A stretch of DNA of 63,896 nucleotides, counting the filler, from Folioceros fuciformis (lineage: Eukaryota), in assembly GCA_049999805.1 (NCBI GenBank). It is 5 parts of 4 records of this genome, joined end to end, with 100 filler letters (N's around TTAATTAATTAA, not from the genome) between each part and the next. Parts side by side here need not be neighbours in the genome. Positions count along the whole stretch, not along the records: positions 39,179 to 59,577 come from JBNGIO010006314.1; positions 59,678 to 62,061 come from JBNGIO010006338.1; 3 more parts are not named here. One strand, 5' to 3'. The position numbers were made by a program, and so were the translations under genes. Below, piece after piece: positions 50,467 to 62,161 of this stretch. How positions within the stretch are numbered: position 1 is the stretch's first letter; every line of letters starts with the position of its first letter. The notes under the pieces are model-generated. The model made no database searches and was not told the origin of the DNA. It saw nothing but the letters and a program-made list of their open reading frames with translations.

Positions 50467-52942
50467 TCACAGACTCTCTGGAGATCCCCAACTCCTCGCA
50501 TGCGAAGGGGGTACCAGTTTCAGTTTCCGCATGTACTCAAAATAACTAACATCATCTGTTTGTATGAAGGATTGAGTCAACCTGGTACGTTGCTCTCCAG
50601 TTAAACTCTTAAGCTGGGGAAACCTCATTTCTTGTTCGTAAGAAGGATCCTTGTGCGCTGGTATCAACCTCGACTGCACATATCTTGCCTGCGAGCTTCC
50701 CTCCTTGAAGCAAAGGATTCGGGGGGCAGGAAAACGATGCTCGGAGAGCTCCTGCGCCAACGTTCTGCATGCTGCCAGAACCGCTGCACTTTGAGGCTCA
50801 CTCTTCGCGACTTCAGATCCCACCCAGATGAAAATATCAGTTCCATGGTCCAACACAATGGTAGCATCTGTCTGCATCGCCAAGTCATAGGCAGGCAATT
50901 CCTCAAATGTTCCCCCCTCGCAATGCATTAAGAGTCGAGGTGCCATCATCCGGAGGGCCAAGTCATAAGAAGCTTGTAAGAAGATGTTGGAAAGCACAAG
51001 TCTCTCGTCTTCATGGCCAACAATACAGCCCAGGAGAGGCCCTCTCCGCAAGTGAAACAGGAACTCGGGCAGTGCCGCAATCTCATTCGGAAAGCCTAAA
51101 AGACCGGAATTTGACATGTGCTTGCCAAACTTTGCGGCAATGTTCTTCAGTCTCTCGTCAACCGAAAGTCTGATATCCTTCGCATCCTGTGAGGTCTTGG
51201 CTTGCAGTACCATCTTCTTCGACAACACCACAGCTAACACTTCGTCGTCAATGCTCTGCAAGTATGTCGGTACGCTTGGAGTTGTGGGTAGTCTAATGGT
51301 GACAACCCGTGTCACGTTCTGTTGGTACATGTTAGTGTACCGAATCACAAACTGGAAATACAGATAGTCATCCTTCACGTTTTCCAACAGCTCCAAGGTC
51401 AAGGCAAATCCTTGGGTCTCCTCCATACTCACCATTTGGACAGCTAAAGCTGGATCCTTTCGAAACATTTCTCCAGTATCCTGTGCGGTCACTGCTTCTC
51501 CAGGACCGATGACCCTTGACACTGCCACCTCTTTGGAGCACCGCATTTCCAAAATCCCTCTAAACCCAGTCGCTCTCTTCACTGCTCTCTCCAGATTGAG
51601 ACCAAAGGTATCACCAAAATCGTCATGCACCACAAGCGCACCTCCGGATGCTTTCACCAGAGGCTGAACAGAGCATATGTTCACAGGGCATGTTCCAGCT
51701 GCCAACACGTCCACTGCTGTGTCCAAATGTCTCGCCTCCTGTCCAAGCTGCTCCATCTGCTTGATAGCCTTCCTCTTCATATACGAGTACGTGGACTGGT
51801 CTTCGGGCCCACACAGGCCGCCCACACCCAGAGTATTGGGTCCTCCAGCACAAACAATAACCCGACTGCTCCCGCCAGCCCTCTTCACAGACACCCTGGG
51901 CAACTCAGTAGACAGGCCCTCGATCAGCGTGAGGGCCACACGTACAGCAGTGCCCATACACCTATCCCTAACGAGCTCCGGAACATTCCCCTTGTAAGAC
52001 CTTAGAGACGAAACAATACCCTGAGCAATCGGCAGGCAGACATGTAGCGGAGCAAGGTAGACACCAGTGCCATAAATGAGCATCTTGAGCAACTCCTGAC
52101 TGGGAGGTGCAGGGCCGGGCAGCACATCCGCTGCAGCAAACCCTGCTTCCGACAGATCATAAACCGACACTGTCTTCCCATAAGTGATGATCCCAATCCG
52201 AGTCGAGTTCGGCAAGGAGTCGAGAAAATAATGCAGTGAGCTCTGCAGAAACGTGAGCTGCGATTCATCCACACACTCATCCACAATGATAACCACCGGA
52301 GCCGACATCGCCGAGTCCGCCACAGACAAGAGCCCTGAACCCCGAGTCCCAGGCTCCACATAGTCCACCACCGAGGCAGCCAGCTCGGGCCAGGTCTCCA
52401 TCTCCCCCAGAATGGAAGCCCTAAACTCCCTATCGAACCCAATGACCTTCTTGCACATGCAGCACACCCACTCGCTCACCCGCGGCGTCATGCTGCAGTA
52501 CAAATTGAGATAGGCCCCGCAGTTCTGGCACCNNNNNNNNNNNNNNNNNNNNNNNNNNNNNNNNNNNNNNNNNNNNNNNNNNNNNNNNNNNNNNNNNNNN
52601 NNNNNNNNNNNNNNNNNNNNNNNNNNNNNNNNAACTGGCCGTGTTAGCCACGCCCTTGTCCCTGATTACGGCCCGTGACGAGAAGAGAGCAAACAAGGAG
52701 GACAAGGAGACATCCGGCCCCGGCTCCTCTCCCGCTCCAGATCCATGAAAATTCTGCACGTCCCCTCCCACTCCATACCCGTTCCCGAACTCAGGCCCCT
52801 TAGAGAAGTCTGTGGAATGCGCATGCCCCGGCGGAGACGAGAGCTCCAGCACCGCATCCGCATCCGGCCCCACAGGGCTCCCGAACCACGTCCCCTCACC
52901 TCCTGCCGGGTAGGCCTCCGTCGGCCCAGCCGACGAGCCCAT
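50467..52942 (-). CDS. SEC23A: Sec23/Sec24-family COPII coat protein, SEC23A-type (spans gap 52533-52632; start uncertain)
   Basis: Zn finger CQNCGAYLNLYC...WVCCMC; trunk VVIIVDECVDE...GGPNTLG; gelsolin-like VLDHGTDIFIW; RFPAPRIL...EGSSQAR...RLIPAHKDP. Confidence 0.88.
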
Positions 52943-53794
52943 GCCAGCTTCAAAATCAGCTGACCGCGCAGCAGAATCAGTCACCCACGCTCCACCTCCT
53001 TACGGCAATCCATGCCCTGGAGAAAGGTATACTCGGCAGGATCCAAGCACCGAGTCGCACGCAACCCTGACCGGCCAGCTCGCTGACGGATCACCTGCCC
53101 GACATCCCTCGCCTCCGTCGCGATCCGCGCAGCAACCTCGCTCTCCTGCCTCGCTCCGCTTCCGAAGCATGCCGATCCCGATGTCGCGCAAAGTCCTCAT
53201 TTCTAGGGGACAAAAAAGGCTCTTTGGACCTTGTCTTGTGAAAACGGTTGTAAAACATCTGGCTTTCGCACCTCGAATGCGCACCTCCTCCAGTTGTCAA
53301 TCACAAGTCAAGTCGACTTACATTTGTTCTAGGTTCGATTGCGAGGGGGCATTATAAAACAGTCTTTTTTAGCGGAAATATTTTTTTAAGTTTTTTTCAA
53401 AGCCTGATTATGTAAGGCACGGGTTGAACATGTCGCTGGCTGGCTGAGTGGCTAAGTATGACATCACTGGCCTAAAAGATGGGTGAATTGTTAAGTATGA
53501 TAGCTTAAAAGATATTACGAGCAATTTCTTTGAGTAATAGTTTCTTAGCTTGACTCTTTGAATTCAAATGATCAATAATACAAAACTATAAAGAAATGTG
53601 GACTTACACATTATGAGAACATTGTAAGATCTGTACATTTTTTATCATTGAAAAAGAAATAGAAAGTTTCATCTTTTCTAAAGATTAAAGGAATAACATG
53701 AGAGAGCCGAAGGCCATAAGGGGTACTAGCTCTTTCGAACATCATTCTTATAAACTATCTAGTGTTCCTAAAATGTCATGATGTGGTGCCAAAG

Positions 53795-54375
53795 AGGTCG
53801 CTTGGCCAGCACTTGTTGTTGTTCCAAAATTGATTTGGCCAATGCTCTTTGCAAAGCAATATATACGCATTGTCAAAAGAAGCCACAATAGAAGAATAGA
53901 TACACATTGTCAAAAGAAGCCATGATAGAAGAAAGAGACCTGCGCTTGTTGTTGTTCTAAAACTGCGTTGGCCAATGCTCTTTGCAAAGCAATAGATACG
54001 CAATGTTAAAAGAAGCCACAATAGAAGAAAGAGGTGTTTGGCCTGCGCTTGTTGTTGTTCTAAAATTGCTTTGGCCAATGCTCTTTGCAAAGCAATAGAT
54101 ACNNNNNNNNNNTGTTCTAAAATTGCTTTGGCCAATGCTCTTTGCAAAGCAATAGATACACATCATCGAAAGAAGCCACAATAGAAGAAAGAAGCCACAA
54201 TAGAAGAAAGAAGCCACAATAGAAGAAAGAGGCGCTTGGCCTGCACTTATTGCTATTTTAAAACTGCTTTGGCTAATACTCTTTGCAAAGCAATAGATAC
54301 ACATTGTCGAAAAGAAGCTTTTGCAAAGCAATAGATACACATTGTCGAAAAGAAGCCACAATAGATAGAAGAAAG
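53795..54375. repeat. Satellite-like tandem array (about 100-bp composite unit)
   Basis: ttggccaatgctctttgcaaagcaatagatac and agaagccacaatagaagaa recur many times; internal 10-N gap. Confidence 0.9.
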
Positions 54376-54569
54376 AGGGTGAACACCATTCTTATGAGTA
54401 TGATAAACCTTGGCGCAATCTTTGATGAACATCTTTGATGAGCATTGTAAGATAGTTATTGAGTTTAAGATAAACTTGCACACTCCTTTGATGAACATTG
54501 TAAGATAGTGATTGAGTTCAAGATAGACTCCATCATGGTTAATAAAACATGTGCTTTAACCGAGCTATT

Positions 54570-54995
54570 ACATATAAGAAATTAGCAGGTTCTAAGTGGA
54601 CCTTTAAAATCAAATTAAAAGTAGATGATAGTATAGAAAGATACAAGGCCAGGTTAATGGCTAAGGATACTCACGACAACAAGGCTTTGACTATAATAAG
54701 CCACTTTAGCCTAGTCCTCAAAATGACTTTGTTTACTTTCTAAAAATATATATAACATTGTTTACACATCATGATCATGAACTAATGTAACTCGATGTTA
54801 AGACATCTTTTTTACACGGCCATCTTCATGCTCTTTATGAAGATTCAGCCCGGGGTATTTGAATCAAGGACATAGACATACACCTTTACAATACTTTTAA
54901 ATTACTCAAGGCTCTCTATGATCTTAAACAAAGTGCCATAAAATAATATGCCAAGTTAGATACTTGTCTTAATAAATTAGGATTAACCCAACTCA
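54570..54995 (+). mobile_element. Degenerate Ty1/Copia reverse-transcriptase fragment
   Basis: KWTFKIKLKVDDSIERYKARLMAK, LDVKTSFLHG, KALYDLKQ, with frameshifts and stops. Confidence 0.8.
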
Positions 54996-55670
54996 ACAGT
55001 GCTGGACATTTGGGTCCATGTGGACAGTCCACCGAAGTAACCTCTGACCCAAAGCTCCTAATTTTTTGAGGGGATTTCATACTACACGCAAACCGAACCT
55101 CAGCACCCCATTCCCGATATTATTAACGTCACTTTCAACACCACCGCATAGGGTGCCGCGTGCCGTATGAGAATCCTTCCCCGTCCTAGCATCTGAGGAC
55201 TTCACCAGTCCACCTGCAACAACCTGCGACTACTGAGAGTGACAAGCACAGCTTTCAAATCCCAGTTATAGCCCATGGCAGGCCCGCACCTCCTCGTCAC
55301 GCCTCGTAACATGCCAAATCTTCAGTCACACAGTCGTCCGAGCAGCAGCAGAAGTTTAGGTCAGACGGGGGAGAAGCTGAGAGCTCGCACCGCAAAATTC
55401 TTGTGCGGCGGGGATCACCTCAATTCTCCTCTCGTTTAATCTGTACAGAAACTGTCTAGTCCTTCATGGCCTCACTGGCGAACTCGGCCAGACAGACACG
55501 CATCCTATCCGACAGGTAACACTTGCACGCACAACCAGGAGGACTAGGTTGATCACGGTTGATGGAATGCGGCATCTGAACGGAGCTTTATGCGAAAACG
55601 TGGGCGGCGTTCGTTGTCAGGAGACAAGACAGCGAATACAGGAACTGGTGCATCCAAAATTGCTCTCCCT

Positions 55671-58463
55671 TTAAGCATTGTCTCCACATGAACAGAGACC
55701 GTTATGGAAATGGTGAACACTGTGGGCATCTCTCACGATGATGGTTCTCCCTTCGACCTTGGAAAGGACTTTAGTGCCACTATGGCAATCGTTGCACATG
55801 CGAAGGTTCTTAGAGACCAACAAAGTGGACCCGTCTGGAGTGTTGAGCAGGCCAAAAGCCAATGCTAGCTTCTCGGCGTGTCCGCAAAGAGCATCCTCCT
55901 TTTCCAACTCCGTTACTGGCTTCAGCACCAATTCGGTGTGTGGAACATGGCCTCGCTCCTTCAGTTGAAGATTAAGGCTCTTCAGTTTGGAATCGATATC
56001 GTCCCTGGCGTCGCCAACTGTGAATTCGTGCAGTTTGCTGTGCACCTCAATCCAGGCTTGAGCAGGTTTCTTCAAAGCGCCGGCACCCTTTCGCCTTTTC
56101 TCAATGTTGTCCACCTCCTCCCACATGCCAGCATTTGCGTAGGCGTTAGACATGAGCACATATGCAGCTGCTAATGTGGGTTCCAATTCCACTATACGGT
56201 CAAAGCACCTCCTCGCTCGATCCACATCCCCAAGGTTCTTGCAGGAACTGAGCAAAGTTCTCCACCCAACAATGTCGTGCTTAAAACTGGATGGTCGGCT
56301 TTGTAGACTTTCTTCTGCCTCATCCAACCGGCCTGACCGGCCAAAAAGATCCACAATGCAATTGTAGTGCTCAACAGTTGGAGAGATACCGTACTCTGTC
56401 TCCATGCTTTGAAAGTACTGGAGACCTTCATCCACCAAGCCCACGTGACTGCATGCATTGAGCAAACACACAAATGTTGCGCTATCAGGTTCTTGTCCTT
56501 GTTGAAGCATCTGTTGAAAGCATTGAATGGCAGTTCTGCAGCAGTTATGCCGACCAAAGCCATTCATCAAGGCATTCCACGTTACCACATCTCTAGTAGG
56601 CAGCCTATCAAAGACTGCTTGAGCTTCGTGTAATCTCCCACATTTTGCATACATGTCCACAAGGACACTTCCGATGAAAGCATCTCGTTCGAGTCCCTGC
56701 TTTCGAATTTCATCATGAATCTGCATGCCCTCTTGAATGGAACCAAGATTGCCACATGCTTTCAAGACGCAACCCAAGATGACATCGTTGGCTGGCAGCA
56801 TACCATCCTGTTGCAAACTCTTAAACAGGTCTAAAGTTTCTTGGAAACAACCGTGCTGAGCATATCCGGTGATCATGGCACTCCATGTCACAACGTTTTT
56901 TGCAGGCAACCCGTCAAAGACATTACGAGCATCCTTCAACCGGCCACATTTGGCATACATGTCCACTATCGAGTTCCCAACGAGAAGATCTACGTGGAAT
57001 CCGATGTCCACAATATGCGAGTGAATGTTCTTGCCCATTTCGGCGTCTCCTAAGCTGGCACATGCTTTCAGAACTGAGGCAAACACGATCTCGTCTGGCT
57101 TCACACCACTTTGTTGCATCTCCTCGTACAACTGAAGAGATTCTCTACCGAGCCCAAATTGTGCATACCCTGATATCATGGCACCCCATGTGACCACGTC
57201 CTTGGACGGCAACCTGTCAAATACACTGCGTGCCTCCTTCAAGCTTCCACATTTGGCATACATGTCCACCAGAGTGCACCCAATAACATCTGACTCCAAT
57301 CTCATTTTAAGGATTCGGTCATGAATCTGCCTGCCTGCCTGTAGTGCTCCAATGCTTCCACATGCTATCAGAGCGCTCACAAACGTAGCCGTGCTTGGAG
57401 TTAAGCCTTGCTCCTGCATGCTCTCAAACAGCTCTAGAGCAGCTTGACCAGCTCCATTCTGAGCATATCCTGCAATCATCGCACCCCATGTCACCACACT
57501 TCTGGACTGTAACCTGTCAAACACCCTGCGAGCAGACTCTAAGCTCCCACACTTGGCATACATGTCCACAAGAGTGTTTCCGACAAACATGTCAGTTTCC
57601 AGTCCCTTCTCTAGAATCAGCGCATGTGTTTGCTTGCCTTTTTGCACAAAACCAACCTCGGCACATGCTTTCAAGATGCTAACGAATGTGAATTTGTCCG
57701 GACCCAAGCCGTCCTGCTGCATGCGGTTACACAGCTCCAAGGCCTCCTGGCCATGGCCATGCTGAACATAACCTGCAATCAAAGCACTCCATGTCACAAT
57801 GTTTCTTGCTGGCAACCTGTCAAACACTGTACGAGCGTCCTCTAAGCTCCCACATTTGGCATACATGTCCACCAGAGTGCTGCCCACGAATATACTGGAC
57901 TCACAGCCACTATCCATGACAGCAGCATGAATGACTTTGCCAGCTGTCAAATTCCCTCTGCTCGCACATACTTTCAGAACAGCTGCAAATACAAAATCAT
58001 TTGGTTTCACCGACGATTGCTGCATAGCTTCATACAACTTGATCGCTTGTTCAGCTTCGCCATGCTCATGGTGAGCCGATATGATGGCAGCCCACACAAA
58101 TGTGTCCGGTGCAGGTAAACAAGCAAACGCTTGTTGTGCTTCCACCAAACTTCCAGAGGAAGAATACATGCGGATGATATGGTTACCCAGAAAATTGTTG
58201 GTCTGATAACCACATTTCACCACAAGGGCATGGAGGCGTCTTGCGGCTGCCCAGTTTTTCTGTGCCATGCATCCTTTCAGAACGCGATACAACATTTCAG
58301 TCGAAATGTGAACTTGCAGTCGCATAATCTCAAGCGCTTGCACAGCCTGATCAAGATGCCCCTCATCACACAGTTCCCTCCAGACTTCTGCCTCCAACCC
58401 TTTCGTTCTAACTGCCCCCCTGCAAGACACAGGCAATTGCAACGAGATGACCAAAAAACACAA
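55671..58463 (-). CDS. PLS-class PPR protein with E1-E2-DYW:KP domain (organellar RNA editing factor; 5' exon(s) unresolved)
   Basis: About 20 P/L/S motifs, E1/E2, KKPAQAWIEV, HAEKLALAFGLLNTP, KNLRMCNDCH, HHFHNGLCSCGDNA*. An acceptor tcttgcag near 58400 suggests an upstream exon. Confidence 0.95.
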   Translation of the reverse strand: MCFLVISLQLPVSCRGAVRTKGLEAEVWRELCDEGHLDQAVQALEIMRLQVHISTEMLYRVLKGCMAQKNWAAARRLHALVVKCGYQTNNFLGNHIIRMYSSSGSLVEAQQAFACLPAPDTFVWAAIISAHHEHGEAEQAIKLYEAMQQSSVKPNDFVFAAVLKVCASRGNLTAGKVIHAAVMDSGCESSIFVGSTLVDMYAKCGSLEDARTVFDRLPARNIVTWSALIAGYVQHGHGQEALELCNRMQQDGLGPDKFTFVSILKACAEVGFVQKGKQTHALILEKGLETDMFVGNTLVDMYAKCGSLESARRVFDRLQSRSVVTWGAMIAGYAQNGAGQAALELFESMQEQGLTPSTATFVSALIACGSIGALQAGRQIHDRILKMRLESDVIGCTLVDMYAKCGSLKEARSVFDRLPSKDVVTWGAMISGYAQFGLGRESLQLYEEMQQSGVKPDEIVFASVLKACASLGDAEMGKNIHSHIVDIGFHVDLLVGNSIVDMYAKCGRLKDARNVFDGLPAKNVVTWSAMITGYAQHGCFQETLDLFKSLQQDGMLPANDVILGCVLKACGNLGSIQEGMQIHDEIRKQGLERDAFIGSVLVDMYAKCGRLHEAQAVFDRLPTRDVVTWNALMNGFGRHNCCRTAIQCFQQMLQQGQEPDSATFVCLLNACSHVGLVDEGLQYFQSMETEYGISPTVEHYNCIVDLFGRSGRLDEAEESLQSRPSSFKHDIVGWRTLLSSCKNLGDVDRARRCFDRIVELEPTLAAAYVLMSNAYANAGMWEEVDNIEKRRKGAGALKKPAQAWIEVHSKLHEFTVGDARDDIDSKLKSLNLQLKERGHVPHTELVLKPVTELEKEDALCGHAEKLALAFGLLNTPDGSTLLVSKNLRMCNDCHSGTKVLSKVEGRTIIVRDAHSVHHFHNGLCSCGDNA

Positions 58464-59677
58464 AACGACTTAACAGCTCTAGCGTTCAGAGTCAAATTGT
58501 ATGCTCAAAGGTCTACCTGCTAGGCGACGTACAGTCCTGATCAGCAGCTGCATCGTTATGTGCTTTACATGACCCACCAGGGCTTACCCCATTTCCCAAA
58601 TGGTCAGCCGACAAACTCTCCCTGACTGCCTCAGGCGTGAACTCAGAAAACTTGGGCTTCTGTGGTGGTCACCCAACAATCAGCTGCCCCAGCAACACCT
58701 GCCAGTCCTCAGTGCCCTGAATAATTCAACTGAAACGTACCCCCATGCCACATGAAAAGCACAAGGAAACCAAAGTTACCTCGCAACCCTCATCAGCCAA
58801 CCACCGCGAAGGATGAAGCAGTAAATTCTGCCGCAAAGCCTCCCCAGCAAAAGACCCATCTGCACCTCACAATCGAAAGGTCAAGCTTCCCAGGACCGAA
58901 CCAGCAACCCACGAACAAACTGATCACATCCTGAATCCGGCACCTTACCAAGCCTATCTCCCAGCTTGCCTCGCTCAGGGGCAGGCCGTAAGCTTGATAT
59001 TCGCCGATACCACATTCCAGCCATGAGAACAGTCTTCTTCAATCTGAACGCCATCCAGAAGCGGGAGCGGCCCGACCAGTTGGAGCCCAACCGCTTTCTC
59101 GACTCGAACATCCACGTGCTAGGAACGCACCACCCGTTGCTCCTACTTGGGGAGGGAAGAAAAAAAGGGAATCAGTGCACAAGAATAATTCGCGTTTAAC
59201 GTTCAGAAAAGGTGACCATGTCTCGTTCCGCGATCATAGTGCAAAGTTGGGCCTCTACAGTTCGTTGTAGCCCCTCGCCTCGGCATGGTAGGTTGATCTT
59301 AGAGGTAACCCGGTTCGCACTGGCGGTTAGGATACGCCGGCTGTTACCGCCCCTCTTCTACTTTCGACAAGGCGGGAATGAAGACACGGAGACTGGTCGG
59401 AAGGAGGAGAGGGCGGACGCGAACATTAGGTGTTAGCCATCTTGGGAGATGGCAATGGCGATGGCCCCCGGGGCCTTGCTCTCCTTCCCGAGGGCGGCTG
59501 CAGCATTGAAGAAACCACTGCCATGGCGGGCGAGTTTCTCTTGCGGCTGTGCTTCGCCGGCTGCAGGGGAGCCGTCTNNNNNNNNNNNNNNNNNNNNNNN
59601 NNNNNNNNNNNNNNNNNNNNNTTAATTAATTAANNNNNNNNNNNNNNNNNNNNNNNNNNNNNNNNNNNNNNNNNNNN

Positions 59678-62061
59678 GTACCCTTGAGATATCGCAGTAT
59701 CCGCTTTGCCGCTGTCCAGTGCTGCTGACCGGGATTGGCTAAGAATTGTGAGACCACGGATGTCGAGAACGCAATATCAGGTCTGGTCCATGAACTGAGC
59801 CAGAGCAAGCATCCAACTAAGGTACGGTATGGAACACCTGCCATCTGATCTAGCTCAGCTTGGTCTTTGGGGCACTGATCTTTAGTTAGAAAAATTCCTG
59901 TTGCAGACGGGGTGGATACCGGTTTGGAATCCTGCATCTTGAATTTTTCTAATAACCTGTTAACATAATGTTTTTGGTGCAACATGATAGTGCCTGACTG
60001 CCTGTTAATTACAGCTTGCACTCCTAAAAAGAAAGTGCATGGTCCCATGTCTGTCATCTTGAATTCGGATGACAAGATGCGTTTTACTCTTTCTACAATC
60101 TGCATCGATGAACCAAGGATCAGAGTATCATCAACATATACTGCCAGGTATGCGAGTTCATCACCCTGTCTGTACACATATACGCTCTCATCTGATTCCG
60201 ATTGTGTGAACCCATGCTTAAGCAAGTGTGTACGTAGTCTTCTGTTCCATCTTCTAGGTGATTGCTTAAGACCATACTGAGTTTTCTTTAGCCTGCAGAC
60301 CCGGTTAGGGAATTTTTTACTGACAAAACCCTCAGGCTGTGTCATGTACACAGTTTCTTCTAATATACCGTTTAAGAATGCCGTTTGTACGTCCATCTGA
60401 TGGACATGAAAACCCTTTAAAGCTGCTATGGCCAAAAGTGTCCTAACAGATGAGGCCCGCACAACCGGAGAAAAAGTTTCATTGTAGTCAATGCCCTCTC
60501 GTTGTGAAAATCCTCAAACCACTAACCTAGCTTTAAAGCGAGAAGTGGATCCATCTGGATTAAGCTTGCGCTTGAAGACCCATTTATTCGATATTGGTGT
60601 CCTACCGTGAGGTAAGTCTTCAAGAACCCAGGTTTGATTTTCAATTAAGGAATTGTATTCAGAATTTATTGCCTCCTGCCATTTTTCTTTATCTGCTGAG
60701 GTAATGGCCTCCTGGTATGTTTGTGGCTCTCCCAGATCTGAAGCTGCCATAAAAACTTGTGTTAACAGAGCCGAAACTGGCAAATGACCCTCCATAGAGT
60801 AAGGCACCTCCTTCCACTCCAGAGGTGATGAAGTATGAGTTCATGAAGATCTACGCAACTGAGTCATTGCAGGTTCTTGTCTTTGCTCATGGCTAACGTT
60901 AGTAGTCACTTCTACCTGCTGACTCTCTACATCTGCTCCCACTGCTGAGAAATCCTCCTGATGTACATCTGAGTCATCATTATCTTGATAATTTGTGATA
61001 TCAAGCTGCTCAATTAAGCCATCTATGCCATCAGCCTGTTGGTGATCCAAATGATCATCTGTCTCGACGCTGAATTCCGTTAGCTGCTCATTTTGTTCAT
61101 ACTGTTCATCATAAAACGCAGTAAGTTCACTCTTTTCTAGATTTTCTTTATCAGACACCACATCCTGCTTCCCGAGTTGTGAAGCACCAGTGAGGACCGA
61201 TCTCTCATCAAATTTCGCAAAGCGTGCATGTGTTACTTTTCTTGAGCCCGGGTCATACACCTTATAACCCTTAACTCCTTCTGAATATCCGATAAATAGC
61301 ACTTGTTTAGCTTTATAATCCAGTTTGGTTCTAACTTCTTTTGGGATGTGTATAAAAGCTTTACAGCCGAATATTCTGAGATGAGATATAGTCGGCTTTC
61401 TCCCTGTCCAGCGCTCAAAAGGTGTTGAGTCCTTAAAGGCTACTGCTGGTAGTCTATTCTGAATGTAAGTGGCAGTGTGAACTGCCTCAGCCCAGTATCT
61501 CTTAGACAAACCAGACTGAAATAACATGGCTTTCGCTGCTTCCTGCAGGTACCTATTTTTCGACTCTGCCAAAGGATTCTGGGTAGAGGTATAAGGCACT
61601 GTAATTTGTCTGCTTATTCCAAGGGATCTACAATACTCTTGGAATTCTGTGCTGGTAAATTCTCCACCTCCGTCACTTCGTAGTACTTTCAATTTATTAC
61701 CAGTTTGTCTCTGAGAGTAATTGACATAATCCACGAATTTCTCAAAGGCCTGTGACTTGTGATGCAGAAAATATGTCATAGTAAAACGACTGTAATCGTC
61801 CACGAGCACCATGAAATATGACGCTCCTCCCAGAGATCTAACCGACATTGGCCCACATAAATCAGTATGCACCATATCAAGTGTTTTGGCTGCTCTATTT
61901 TGTTTATGTGGTATCTTAGCGTTTTGCTTGGGAAGCTTCGCATGTAAACAAGCCTCACATAGCACATCAGTCTCCTGCAGCTTCCAAGGTATGCCGTCTT
62001 GATATATATTACTGCCAACCATAGTACTTAACTTCTTATAATTTGGATGTCCCAGTCGACA
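59678..62061 (-). mobile_element. Ty1/Copia retrotransposon pol fragment (integrase-RT) with two nonsense codons
   Basis: RLGHP...CEACL, VHTDLCGPM, LRSDGGGEF, YWAEAV, KWVFKRK...KARLV, QMDVQTAFLNG, YGLKQSPR, YVDD. One reading frame with TGA at 60841 and 60514. Confidence 0.95.
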
Positions 62062-62161
62062 NNNNNNNNNNNNNNNNNNNNNNNNNNNNNNNNNNNNNNN
62101 NNNNNTTAATTAATTAANNNNNNNNNNNNNNNNNNNNNNNNNNNNNNNNNNNNNNNNNNNN

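Noticed and set aside
53776-54498. Repetitive ORFs and a possible CRISPR-like array
   Set aside because: Units are tandem with no unique spacers, the context is eukaryotic and there are no cas genes; it is a satellite.
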